The notes under the pieces are model-generated. The model worked only from the letters and a program-made list of their open reading frames with translations. It ran no database searches and was not told where the DNA came from. From the NCBI GenBank assembly GCA_026770705.1, contig JANJGN010000016.1:85808001-85872000 (forward strand): a stretch of 64,000 bases of DNA. The letters run 5' to 3'. The stretch is from Isurus oxyrinchus (Eukaryota). Shown here one piece after another: positions 25,321-36,264 of this stretch. How positions within the stretch are numbered: the first letter of the stretch is position 1; each line of letters starts with the position of its first letter. The position numbers were made by a program, and so were the translations under genes.

Positions 25321-25999
25321 TCCTAATCCCACTCCCCTGCTCTCTCCCCATCGTCCTGTATTCTCCACAGATTCACCTGTTTATTAACTGCAGTTTGAAC
25401 TACAACCCACACTTTCATTCCCCACAGGCTGCTGAATGGTTAGTGAATTCTCTGTTTGGATTTCCCATTTCTACTCTCTGTAGTTTGTCCAATCCTAACG
25501 CTGTTAATCATTTTAATTCAAGGCTTTATCAATCTGCACTTCCACTTTCAGGGAATGATGGAATTGGAGCCAAGCTCTCTCTGCTTCTACACATCCTTCA
25601 CCATCTTTTCACTACTTCTCCCCCTCAAACCCATCATCTCAAACTCCTCTGCATTGAATTGTGTCAGTCACCTATCTGTCCCTTCCCTCATCCGTCTCTA
25701 CTCTCCCCAAGTCTTTGACTCTTCTCCTCCCTGTTTGTTAAACCTCTCCTTCTGTGTAGTCAGCACATTCCAGTTATCGGGGCAAGTGGCTGATCTTTGT
25801 GATGTGGAGGATTTGGGGGGTCAGATCGGGGTGAAAGATGAGGCCAAGGTTGTGAAGAGTCTGGTTCAGCAGCAGACAGTGCTCAGGGAGAGGGATGGAG
25901 TTTGTATCGGGAGCTGAAGACGATGGCTTTGATCTTCCCAATGTGTTTCCCAGTGAGCCTGCCTCCTCAGTCCTGACTGCTCTTAGCTGCTGTTCTTTT

Positions 26000-26150
26000 C
26001 ACTGATTGGACAGTTATTATTACAGATTCAGACCACAGCAGAAACCCCCAGTGTAAAAAATAACTGCAAAGATTGTCCGATCGCAAGACTGAAACTTAAC
26101 CAAGAGAGGAAGTGAAAGAAGGAGCTCAGAGCAGCTGGATGTTTGTTACT
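26000..26150. promoter_or_regulatory. Candidate B-cell enhancer (Ets-IRF composite + E-box + RUNX)
   Basis: GGAAGTGAAA 26108-26117, CAGCTG 26132-26137, ACCACA 26032-26037, in a non-repeat island. Motif evidence only. Confidence 0.35.
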
Positions 26151-26579
26151 GACACGGGAGAAAACTGTGAACCGTGTCCACTACCTAGAATCTTACAGCA
26201 CAGAAGGAGGCCATTCAGCCCATCCTGTCTGTGAGTTACCCAGTGAGACCCACTCCCCCTCTCTGTCCCCATAGTGGAGCAGGTCAATAAGGTGAGGGGT
26301 ATCAGGTCAGTGAGTTCATGGGTAACAGGTCAGTGAGGCCAGGCAGGTCAGTGATGTCAGTGCTAGTGCTGGAACAACACTTGGTGTGGGACAGTGTATG
26401 GAACTCTGCACTTTGGGCAATTTGGGGGTTATGGAGTGTGGATGAAAGAAGCCAGGAGAGGACATTAGAATAATGGAGTCAGGAGGCAAGACAAGCAGGG
26501 AAAAGGGTTTTTTGTGGTCTAGGGGCTGATGAAGTGTAGAGACGGACAATATTGTGGGGATGGAAATGAGATGCCCACA

Positions 26580-29360
26580 TAAAATCATAGAAAGTTTCTG
26601 GCACAGAAAGAGACCACTCGGCCCATCATGTCTGTGCCACTGAAATACGAGCCGTCTGGCCGAATCCCACTTTCCAGCATTTGGTCTGTAGTCCTCCAGG
26701 TTAAGGCTCTTGAGGTTCATATCCAGACACCTTTTAAATGGTTTGAGTGTTCCTGCCTCTGTGACCCTTTCAGGCCGTGATTTCCAGAGCTTCATCTCCC
26801 ATCAATCTTTCTCCCAGTCACTATGAATTTAACTAATGATTTATACAGTTCCAGAATAAGCCCCATGCTCTTATATTTCAACAACCTTGTTTAAATCCAT
26901 GTAGACCACAGTGACTACTCTACCCTCATCAATCCTCCTTGTTGCTTCCTCAAAAAATTCAACAGATTATTCAGGCATGACCTTCCCTCATCAAATCCAT
27001 GCTGATGTCCTTGGTTAATCACTGCCTTTCTAAGTGCCAGTTTATCCTGTCTGCAGAATTTATTCCAATTATTTGCCTACGACTGAGCTCAGGCTGTTTA
27101 CAGACTTGATTTTCCAGACAGGTTTCTCATAAGAAAGAGTGAACTTTATTTGCAGGGCTTCAGCAGCCGTTACACTTTTCCATCACATCCACAACTAAAC
27201 ACAAAAAATTACCACCTCCCCACCCCCTGCCCCACTAAGGTTCCCCGCGCTTAGACTGATTCATTCACACTGTCACATGATACTACACAGCACAATAAGT
27301 CTTAAAGCTACAGTCACTACATTCCCTAAGACTACAGTCACTATGGACTGACTGGTCTGTAATTATTCGGTCTATCCCTCGCGCCCTTTTTAAACAAAGG
27401 TGCAACATTATCAGACCTCCAATCCTCCGGCCCCTCACCTGTATCCTGTGAGGATTGGAAAATGAGTATCAGACCCTCCGCAATTTCCTCCCTGGTTTCT
27501 GTTAACAGCCTGGGACACATTTCACCCGGCCCTGATGGTTTATCCACACTCAAGGATGCGAATCCCCCTCATACTTCCTCTCTCCCTATGGCCATGACAT
27601 CCAATATTTCACACTCCTCCTCCATAACGACAATGTCTACACTGTTCTCTTTCTTTTGTGAAGACAAAGTATTCATTCAGAACCATATCCACATCCTCCC
27701 CCTCCTCACATAGGTTACCTTTTTGGTCTTTTATCAACCCAACTCTTCCCTTAGTTATCCTCTTACTCTGAATGTGTTGAGAAAGCATCTCTGAGTTCTC
27801 CTTGATTCTGCTGCCAATATTCTTTTGTGCTCTCTCTTTTCTTTCCTAATTTCCTTTTTGATTTCACTCCTACTCTTTCTACACTCTCAGCTTTCTGCAG
27901 TATTGAACTCCTGGTGTCAGACATAACCTTTCCTTTTCTGTCATTTCTTACCCTGTAAGCTCCTTGAAATCCAAGGGGCTCTAGATTTGGCCATCCCCCC
28001 ATTTTCTTTGTGTGAACATGTTTACTCTGAGCCCCTCGAATCTCCCCTTTGATTCCCTCCCACTGCTCCGGCACTGATTCACCTTCAAGTAACTGTTTCC
28101 TGTCCACTTTTGCTAAATCACTCCTCAGCTGTAAAATTGACCTTGCCCCCATTTAGAAATTTAACTCTTGGTTTTATCTTTGTCCTTTTCCATATTTATG
28201 TTAAAACTATCTGAATTATGATCACTATCATCAAAATGCTCCCACACTCTCATTCCTTCCACTTGCCCAGCTTCATTGCCTGAAACTGAGTCCAGAACTG
28301 TACCCTGTCCTGATGGACTTGCTCCATACTGGCTGAAAAAAGCTCTCCTGAATTCACATTAAGAATTCGGGTGCCTCCATTCCTTTCACACTAAAACTAT
28401 CCCAGTTAATACTGGGATTGATTAAATCTCCTAATATTACTGCCCAATTGTTTTTGCACTTCTCAGAGATTTGCCTACATATTTGCTCTTCTATCTGCCT
28501 CTGACTGTTTGGGGGTATATAGTTCACTCCCAGTTCTGTGTCTACCCCTTTTTGTTCCTAAGCTCAATCCACATGGCCTCAAACGATGATCCTTCTAACA
28601 TATCTTTGCTCCTTGCGGCTGCACTTGCCAAAATTGTCACCCCGCCTCGGTTTTTATCCCCCCCCTCTATCTCACCTAACAACCCTGTAACCAGGAATGT
28701 TGAGCTGCTATTCCTGTCCCTCTTTTAGTCATGTTTCTGTAATCGCTATAATATCACACTGCTATCTGTGCCCTCAGCTCCTCTGTATGTCGTATGTAGC
28801 AAGTCCAACTCTCTTTATTATTTTCTATCTTTTGTTTCCTCTGTCTTCCAGACTCACTCTGATTTTCTGCCCTCCATTACAGCTCTGATGTTGCCCCATC
28901 TGAGTCGACCCTCAGGTTCCCATCCCCCTGCCAAACGAGTTTAAACCCCCCCGACAGCACGAGCAAACCTCCCCCAAGGATATTGGACCCAGGCCCATTG
29001 AGGTGCAAACCATCCGGCTTGTACAGGTCCCACCTCCTGTAGAACCAGTCCCAATGTCCCAGGAAACTGAACCCCTCCCTCCTACACTGTCTCTCCAGCC
29101 ACGTACTCATCAGCTCCAGCCTCCTTTCTCTATGCTCACTAGCTCATGGCACTGGCACTAACCGGGAGATTACTCCCTCTGAACTCTTGCGTTTTAATGA
29201 CTCACTTAGCTCTGTGAAATTTGCTTTCAGTGCCTCATCCCTCTTTTGAACAATGTCATTGGAAACAATGTGAACCACAAACTCTGGCAATTCACCCTCT
29301 CCCATTAAGAATGTCCAGCAGCCGTGATGGAGACGATGTGGTGTTTGAAACTCAGCCACT
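26580..29360 (-). mobile_element. Long decayed CR1 LINE (ORF1 esterase, endonuclease, RT, 3' UTR) with internal deletions
   Basis: GFSFLGHWDWF..WDLYKPDGLHLN (SGNH esterase ORF1), KPSGPGEMCPRLL...EDWRSDNVAPLFKKG.RD.PNNYRPVS, and 3' UTR at ~26580. Confidence 0.9.
27095..27343 (-). mobile_element. Solo LTR related to the Gypsy LTRs at 15232/16077, inserted in the CR1
   Basis: Minus strand shares GACTGTAGCTTTAAGA and AAATAAAGT and ends TCAAGTCTGTAAACA (cf. TCAACTCTATAACA). It splits the CR1 motif NYRPVS/LSSVVGK. Confidence 0.7.
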
Positions 29361-29377
29361 GGAGGTCCAGCAGTCCG

Positions 29378-29640
29378 GAGGCCCATGTTTACTGGTCCCT
29401 ATTGGAGGATACTTTGGGAAGGAGGCCCATGTTTACTGGTCCCTATTGGAGGGTCCAGTGGGAAGGAGGCCCATGTTTACTGGTCTCTATTGGAGGGCCC
29501 AATGGGAAGGAGGCCCATGTTTACTGGTCTCTATTGGAGGCTCCAGTGGGAAGGAGGCCCATGTTTACTGGTCTCTATTGGAGGGTCCAGTGGGAAGGAG
29601 GCCCATGTTTACTGGTCCCTACTGGAGGGTCCAGTGGGAC
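29378..29640 (+). repeat. 44-bp minisatellite GGAGGCCCATGTTTACTGGTCTCTATTGGAGGGTCCAGTGGGAA (~6 copies)
   Basis: Direct reading. Confidence 0.9.
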
Positions 29641-30229
29641 ATGGACACCATGGTCGATGTGGAGGACAGTTCCTTTCTGTTGTAAATGTGTGATCGTCCA
29701 CCCCTCATCCCAGTAAAACACACTGACCCGGAGCCTGACCATGGTAGGGAGGGAGAGGGGGAGGGATTCGAACATGGTTCTGAATGGACAGGATGGCTCA
29801 GTGGGTCAGACTCTGCCCTGTCCCTCCAGCTCACACTGATGGGGTGAGGGTCTCCTCTCTCTGCTGGGCCTTCATGAAATGAGGTTTGTGTCCAAACCAG
29901 TCCCCAGTGAGAATTGGCCAACAGCACAGAACTGCCCTTAATTTGACAATAATCTGTCAGTCTGACTGAGAGAGGCCAAAGCATGGTCAGTGTGGGGATT
30001 GGGGCCTTACTCCAGGAGAAGACATGCTTCTGGGGTCAAGGGTTCACATCCATTGGTGGGGCAGAGCAGAGGGAGTTTTACCCTTCATTTCACTGCGTTC
30101 CCCCTGGGAGACTGTGGGAAAGAGAGAGCGAGGTGGAGACTGTGAGACTGAGCGAGAGAGAGAGGGAACATTTAACTGCTGCACCAGGACTCAAAGTGTT
30201 CCAACCTCCAGTAATAACGCCTGTTATAG

Positions 30230-32700
30230 AGTCAGTTAGAGAATTCCAGAACGATGGAGGGTGGGAGAGAGAGATGGGGAGGCAGAGAGAGATGGAAAAG
30301 GTGGTGAGGGNNNNNNNNNNNNNNNNNNNNNNNNNNNNNNNNNNNNNNNNNNNNNNNNNNNNNNNNNNNNNNNNNNNNNNNNNNNNNNNNNNNNNNNNNN
30401 NNNNNNNNNNNNNNNNNNNNNNNNNNNNNNNNNNNNNNNNNNNNNNNNNNNNNNNNNNNNNNNNNNNNNNNNNNNNAGAGAGAGAAAACGATACAAGACC
30501 GTGAAAAAGCAGAGAGGGAGAACAACAGAAATACAGAGATAGAGTTGGGGTTTTGGGAGANNNNNNNNNNNNNNNNNNNNNNNNNNNNNNNNNNNNNNNN
30601 NNNNNNNNNNNNNNNNNNNNNNNNNNNNNNNNNNNNNNNNNNNNNNNNNNNNNNNNNNNNNNNNNNNNNNNNNNNNNNNNNNNNNNNNNNNNAGATCAAA
30701 CAAGGAGAGGGAAACAAGAAGAACAAGACAAGGAGACAGGCAGAGAGAGAGGGGGAGAGAGAGACAGAGAGTGACGGACAGAGACAGACAGAGGTAGGGA
30801 GTGAGAGACAGAGAGTGACGGACAGAGACAGACAGAGGTAGGGAGAGAGAGACAGAGAGTGACGGACAGAGACAGACAGAGGTAGGGAGAGAGAGACAGA
30901 GAGTGACGGACAGAGACAGACAGAGGTAGGGAGAGAGAGACAGAGAGTGACGGACAGAGACAGACAGAGGTAGGGAGAGAGAGACAGAGAGTGACGGACA
31001 GAGACAGACAGAGGTAGGGAGAGAGAGACAGAGAGTGACGGACAGAGACAGACAGAGGTAGGGAGAGAGAGACAGAGAGTGACGGACAGAGACAGACAGA
31101 GGTAGGGAGAGAGAGACAGAGAGTGACGGACAGAGACAGACAGAGGTAGGGAGAGAGAGACAGAGAGTGACGGACAGAGACAGACAGAGGTAGGGAGAGA
31201 GAGACAGAGAGTGACGGACAGAGACAGACAGAGGTAGGGAGAGAGAGACAGAGAGTGACGGACAGAGACAGACAGAGGTAGGGAGAGAGAGACAGAGAGT
31301 GACGGGCAGAGACAGACAGAGGTAGGGAGAGAGACAGAGAGTGACGGACAGAGACAGACAGAGGTAGGGAGTGAGAGACAGAGAGTGACGGGCAGAGACA
31401 GACAGAGGTAGGGAGAGAGAGACAGAGAGTGACGGACAGAGACAGACAGAGGTAGGGAGAGAGAGACAGAGAGTGACGGACAGAGACAGACAGAGGTAGG
31501 GAGAGAGAGACAGAGAGTGACGGACAGAGACAGACAGAGGTAGGGAGTGAGAGACAGAGAGTGACGGACAGAGACAGACAGAGGTAGGGAGAGAGAGACA
31601 GAGAGTGACGGGCAGAGACAGACAGAGGTAGGGAGTGAGAGACAGAGAGTGACGGACAGAGACAGACAGAGGTAGGGAGTGAGAGACAGAGTGACGGACA
31701 GAGACAGACAGAGGTAGGGAGCGAGAGACAGAGAGTGACGGACAGAGACAGACAGAGGTACGGAGTGAGAGACATAGAGTGACGGACAGAGACAGACAGA
31801 GGTAGGGAATGAGAGACAGACAGTGATGAACAGAGACTAAGAGAAGCAGGGAGAGACAGAGAGTGGTGGACAGAGAATGAGAGAGATAGAGACAGAGACT
31901 GACTGGCAAAGACAGAGAAAGAGAGAGTCAGAGAGGGAGAGACCAGAGAGTGATGGACAGAGAGAGACAGAGATGGCAGAGAGTGATGGACAGAGACAGG
32001 AAGACACAGAGAGAGACATAGAGTGCTGGACAAAGGCAGGGAGATGCAGGGAGAGACAGAGAGTGACGGATAAAGACAGAGGGAGACAGGGAGAGAGAGA
32101 GTGATGGACAGAGACTGGGAGACACAGAGATAGAGANNNNNNNNNNNNNNNNNNNNNNNNNNNNNNNNNNNNNNNNNNNNNNNNNNNNNNNNNNNNNNNN
32201 NNNNNNNNNNNNNNNNNNNNNNNNNNNNNNNNNNNNNNNNNNNNNNNNNNNNNNNNNNNNNNNNNNNNNNNNNNNNNNNNNNNNNNNNNNNNNNNNNNNN
32301 NNNNNNNNNNNNNNNNNNNNNNNNNNNNNNNNNNNNNNNNNNNNNNNNNNNNNNNNNNNNNNNNNNNNNNNNNNNNNNNNNNNNNNNNNNNNNNNNNNNN
32401 NNNNNNNNNNNNNNNNNNNNNNNNNNNNNNNNNNNNNNNNNNNNNNNNNNNNNNNNNNNNNNNNNNNNNNNNNNNNNNNNCAGAGACAGAGAGAGGTAGA
32501 GAGACAGAGAGAGTGACGGACAGAGACAGAGAGAGGTAGAGAGAGAGACAGAAAGTGACGGACAGGTAATGAGAGAGGGAGAGAGAGAAAAGTAAAGAGA
32601 GAAAGAGAAAGATGGACAAAGACAGAGAGAGAGAGAGAGGGGGGGAGACTGTGAAACAGAGACAAATAGAGAGAGAAAGATGGAGAGGAAGTGAGAGGTG
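30230..32700 (+). repeat. Purine-rich (GA) tract including a 44-bp array (~30770-31830) and N runs at 30311-30476, 30561-30692 and 32137-32480
   Basis: Unit GACGGACAGAGACAGACAGAGGTAGGGAGAGAGAGACAGAGAGT; period 44 (30861, 30905). Confidence 0.95.
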
Positions 32701-32781
32701 CTGACGTGGTTCTCTCTGGGTGATACCATTTACATACTGAGGAACAGCCAGTGAGACTCTGACAGGCTGCAGCTGTATAAA
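32684..32781 (+). promoter_or_regulatory. V-kappa promoter
   Basis: PU.1-type AGAGGAAGTG 32684-32693; TGACGTGG 32702-32709; variant octamer ATTTACAT 32728-32735; E-box CAGCTG 32770-32775; TATAAA 32776-32781, ~60 bp upstream of the ATG. Confidence 0.75.
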
Positions 32782-32841
32782 GCTGAGCCCAGTGAAGGGA
32801 GAGTTTATCAGTGACCAGGCACAGGGACAGGAGCAGACACC

Positions 32842-32890
32842 ATGATTTCAGCCATCCAGCTGATCTGGCCTCTGGCATTCTGCATCGCAG
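32842..32890 (+). CDS. IGKV: Ig light-chain leader exon MISAIQLIWPLAFCIA(G)
   Basis: ACCATGA start, hydrophobic signal peptide, phase-1 donor CAG/GTACAA at 32891. Splices in frame to the V exon. Confidence 0.95.
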
Positions 32891-33076
32891 GTACAAATCT
32901 CTCTCCTTCCACTGTGAATATTTTCCTGCTCTCCATTTCCAGCCAATTCGACTGACTTGTGATTGAAGGGAAAATGCTGAAAGCAGAGGAACTGTCACTG
33001 TCTCTAACAATATCTCATTTTACAGGCTCTTTGTGTGACTGTTCTTACTTCACTCTGTTTCTCTATTACCCCTCAG

Positions 33077-33371
33077 GTATCAGTGGGGACATCACCATGA
33101 AACAGCCTCCCCTGGTGTCAGTGAGCCTGGGCCAGACCGCCACCATCACCTGTACGGCCAGTCAGTCTGTTAGCAGCTATGTTGCTTGGTACCAGCAGCG
33201 AGAAGGACAGAAACCGACTCTCCTGATCTATGATGCAACAACTCGATTCACAGGAACATCCGAGCGATTCACCGGCAGTGGATCTGGCACTCAATTCACC
33301 CTGACAATCAGCAATGTACAGAATGAGGATGTCGCTGATTATTACTGTCAGCAGTGGCAAAGCTCCCCCTA
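33077..33371 (+). CDS. IGKV: Ig kappa-type (cartilaginous fish type III/NS4-like) V segment, unrearranged
   Basis: Acceptor CCCCTCAG at 33076. [26 protein letters not shown]...WYQQ...LLIY...[16 protein letters not shown]...[14 protein letters not shown]; both Cys and the Trp intact. Confidence 0.98.
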
Positions 33372-33399
33372 CACAGTGATACAGAGCCTGACAAAAACC
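33372..33399 (+). other. 12-bp-spacer recombination signal sequence (V)
   Basis: CACAGTG-atacagagcctg-ACAAAAACC, perfect consensus. V-12/J-23 is the kappa-type arrangement. Confidence 0.99.
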
Positions 33400-33404
33400 T
33401 CAAT

Positions 33405-34147
33405 ACACACAGCACCACCTCCTGTACTGACACATCCCACAGTTATATATAATATATAATAATGGATACACAGTCCCACCTCCTGTACTGATACATCCCA
33501 CAGTTATATAGAATATATAATAAAGGACACACAGTCCCACCTCCTGTACTGACACATCCCACAGTTATATAGAATATATAATAATGGACACACAGTCCCA
33601 CCTCCTGTACTGACACATCCCACAGTTATATAGAATATATAATAATGGACACACAGTCCCACCTCCTATACTGACACATCCCACAGTTATATAGAATATA
33701 TAATAATGGACACACAGCACCATCTCCTGTACTGACACATCCCACAGTTATATAGAATATATAATAATGGACACACAGTCCCACCTCCTATACTGACACA
33801 TCCCACAGTTATATAGAATATATAATAATGGATACACAGTCCCACCTCCTATACTGACACATCCCACAGTTATATAGAATATATAATAATGGACACACAG
33901 TCCCACCTCCTGTACTGACACATCCCAAAGTTATATAGAATATATAATAATGGACACAAAGTCCCACCTCATGTACTGAAACATCCCAGTTATATAGAAT
34001 ATATAATAATGGACACACAGCACCATCTCCTGTACTGACACATCCCACAGTTATATAGAATATATAATAATGGACACACAGTCCCACCTCCTGTACTGAC
34101 ACATCCCACAGTTATATATAATATATAATAAAGGACACACAGCACCT
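33405..34147 (+). repeat. 61-bp minisatellite (~12 copies) in the V-J interval
   Basis: CACACAGTCCCACCTCCTGTACTGACACATCCCACAGTTATATAGAATATATAATAATGGA. Confidence 0.97.
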
Positions 34148-34156
34148 TTAACACAG

Positions 34157-34912
34157 TTAAAGGTGAGTGTGAGTGAGAGACAGAGAGAGGGTGAGAGTGA
34201 GTTAAAGGTGAGTGTGAGTGAGAGACAGAGAGAGGGTGAGAGTGAGTTAAAGGTGAGTGTGAGTGAGAGACAGAGAGAGGGTGAGAGTGAGTTGAAGGTG
34301 AGTGTGAGTGAGAGACAGAGAGAGGGTGAGAGTGAGTTAAAGGTGAGTGTGAGTGAGAGACAGAGAGAGGGTGAGAGTGAGTTAAAGGTGAGTGTGAGTG
34401 AGAGACAGAGAGAGGGTGAGAGTGAGTTAAAGGTGAGTGTGAGTGAGAGACAGAGGGTGAGAGTGAGTTAAAGGTGAGTGTGAGTGAGAGACAGAGAGAG
34501 GGTGAGAGTGAGTTAAAGGTGAGTGTGAGTGAGAGACAGAGAAAGGGTGAGAGTGAGTTAAAGGTGAGTGTGAGTGAGAGACAGAGAGTGAGAGTGAGTT
34601 AAAGGTGAGTGTGAGTGAGAGACAGAGAGAGGGTGAGAGTGAGTTAAAGGTGAGTGTGAGTGAGAGACAGAGAGAGGGTGAGAGTGAGTTAAAGGTGAGT
34701 GTGAGTGAGAGACAGAGAGAGGGTGAGAGTGAGTTAAAGGTGAGTGTGAGTGAGAGACAGAGAGAGGGTGAGAGTGAGTTAAAGGTGAGTGTGAGTGAGA
34801 GACAGAGAGAGGGTGAGAGTGAGTTAAAGGTGAGTGTGAGTGAGAGACAGAGAGAGGGTGAGAGTGAGTTAAAGGTGAGTGTGAGTGAGAGACAGAGAGA
34901 GGGTGAGAGTGA
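34157..34912 (+). repeat. 45-bp minisatellite (~17 copies) in the V-J interval
   Basis: GTTAAAGGTGAGTGTGAGTGAGAGACAGAGAGAGGGTGAGAGTGA. Confidence 0.97.
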
Positions 34913-34933
34913 CTGAGTGAAGCAGAGAGCTGA

Positions 34934-34972
34934 GGTTTTTGTACAGCCCCTGCACTGGAAGCTCTCAGTGTG
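34934..34972 (-). other. 23-bp-spacer recombination signal sequence (J)
   Basis: GGTTTTTGT (34934-34942), 23-bp spacer, CAGTGTG (34966-34972 = CACACTG; one mismatch, essential CAC kept). Confidence 0.97.
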
Positions 34973-35007
34973 GGTTACGTTCGGTAAAGGAACCAAACTC
35001 AGACTGA
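34973..35007 (+). CDS. IGKJ: Ig kappa-type J segment VTFGKGTKLRL
   Basis: FGxG motif and phase-1 donor A/GTAAGT at 35008. Confidence 0.98.
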
Positions 35008-35718
35008 GTAAGTAAACCCCAATCCTCTCTTATTAACCTTTTCAATACTGAAACTTTCTCAAACACTAATGCTGAATAGTTGAAGGTGTTAGTGAGGAAT
35101 TGCAGTGAATGAAATGGTTCAGCGAACAACACTGTGTATAACAGGGTGCCCAGCTGTATTTCTTTCATTACATTCCCTCCTTTAAGCAGCAAGATAGAAA
35201 TAACCAACTTTTACCCACCGTCTAGAGGAGATCTGGACGTTTGCAGACTGTGCTGACATTGCTGCACCATGGACTGAAATCACTCACTAGACTCCTGTCA
35301 GTCTCAGTGTGACAGACACGGGCAGAGTTTGATATGAGCTCCGGCTCCCTCTCACAGTCTCTGATATAACTGATCACAGCACCAGCACAGTGAGACACCA
35401 AGGTCCCACCTCCCCCAGCTTGATCTCTGCTCTCTCCACTCTCTGGTTATCTCTTGGCAAATTTCTGATGACAAACAGGTAGAGCAGGGCCCACAATCCA
35501 GTGGCTTCAGTGTTCCAGGGTATTGGGGAGACTCTCCGTTTCCCCCGAATGTTTAAATGTCACCCTCTAGACTCCAGACCTCCCGGAATCTGCTCTCCAT
35601 CTCTCTCCTGAAGACACTGCCTCTGACTGGGGAACAGCTCCACCCTCCCCAAGTGGGCTCATTCCTCCAAGTGTGAGGCAGGAGGGTGAACGTGACAGGC
35701 TATTGGACCGTGAGGTGT

Positions 35719-36114
35719 GGGCCGTGCCTCAATGGGTAGCACTCTTCCCTCAGAATCACAATGTTGTGGGTTCAAATCCCACTCCAGAGACTTGAGCACA
35801 TAATCCAGGCTGAGACTCCAGTGCGGTATTGAGGGAGGGCAGCACTGTCAGAGGAGCCGTCTTTCAGATGAGACAAACTGAGGTCTGCCCTCTCAGGGGG
35901 ATGTCAAATATCCCACGCGCTGTGAGAAGAAGAGCAGGAAAGTTCCCCCGGATTTCCTGGACAATATTTATCCCTCAATCTGCATCACTACACATCTGAT
36001 TATCTGGTCATTGTGAATCCGCTATCTGGGATCTTGCTGTGCACAGTTGGCTGTGGAACAATCTGGGACATCCTGAGTTGGTTATAGGTGCCATTGAAAT
36101 GCAAGCCTTTCTTT
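35719..36114 (+). mobile_element. tRNA-derived Deu-domain SINE (SacSINE1/LmeSINE1-like)
   Basis: tRNA-like head with B box GGTTCAAATCC, Deu core GTCTTTCAGATGAGAC...GAAGAAGAGCAGG...AATATTTATCCCTCAA, L2-like tail AATGCAAG. Confidence 0.8.
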
Positions 36115-36264
36115 GAAGTTGGAGATTCCTGATGCTGACCCTGTGAGGTGCCATTGACCTCGCACTGACCCTGTCTGACCCCCAGACTCTGAGACTAATT
36201 GAAGCCTCACCCATAACGTCACCCCAGTGCTGGCCGGCAAGGTTTGAAATGAAATCTAGAACCT

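Noticed and set aside
25370-25445. Minus-strand exon that might splice to the 24137 acceptor
   Set aside because: The required frame contains a stop and there is no polypyrimidine tract.
30236-33010. 557-aa, 677-aa and 360-aa Ser/Leu-rich ORFs
   Set aside because: Translations of GA/CT repeats running through N tracts.
32959-33459. 166-aa ORF as the gene model
   Set aside because: It begins in the leader-V intron and reads through the RSS. The real model is leader 32842-32890 spliced to 33077.
35130-35165. CACTGTG downstream of J as a second, vestigial J
   Set aside because: Nonamer only 4/9, no FGxG motif and no splice donor.
35719-35790. tRNA gene
   Set aside because: It is the tRNA-like head of a SINE and continues into the SINE body.
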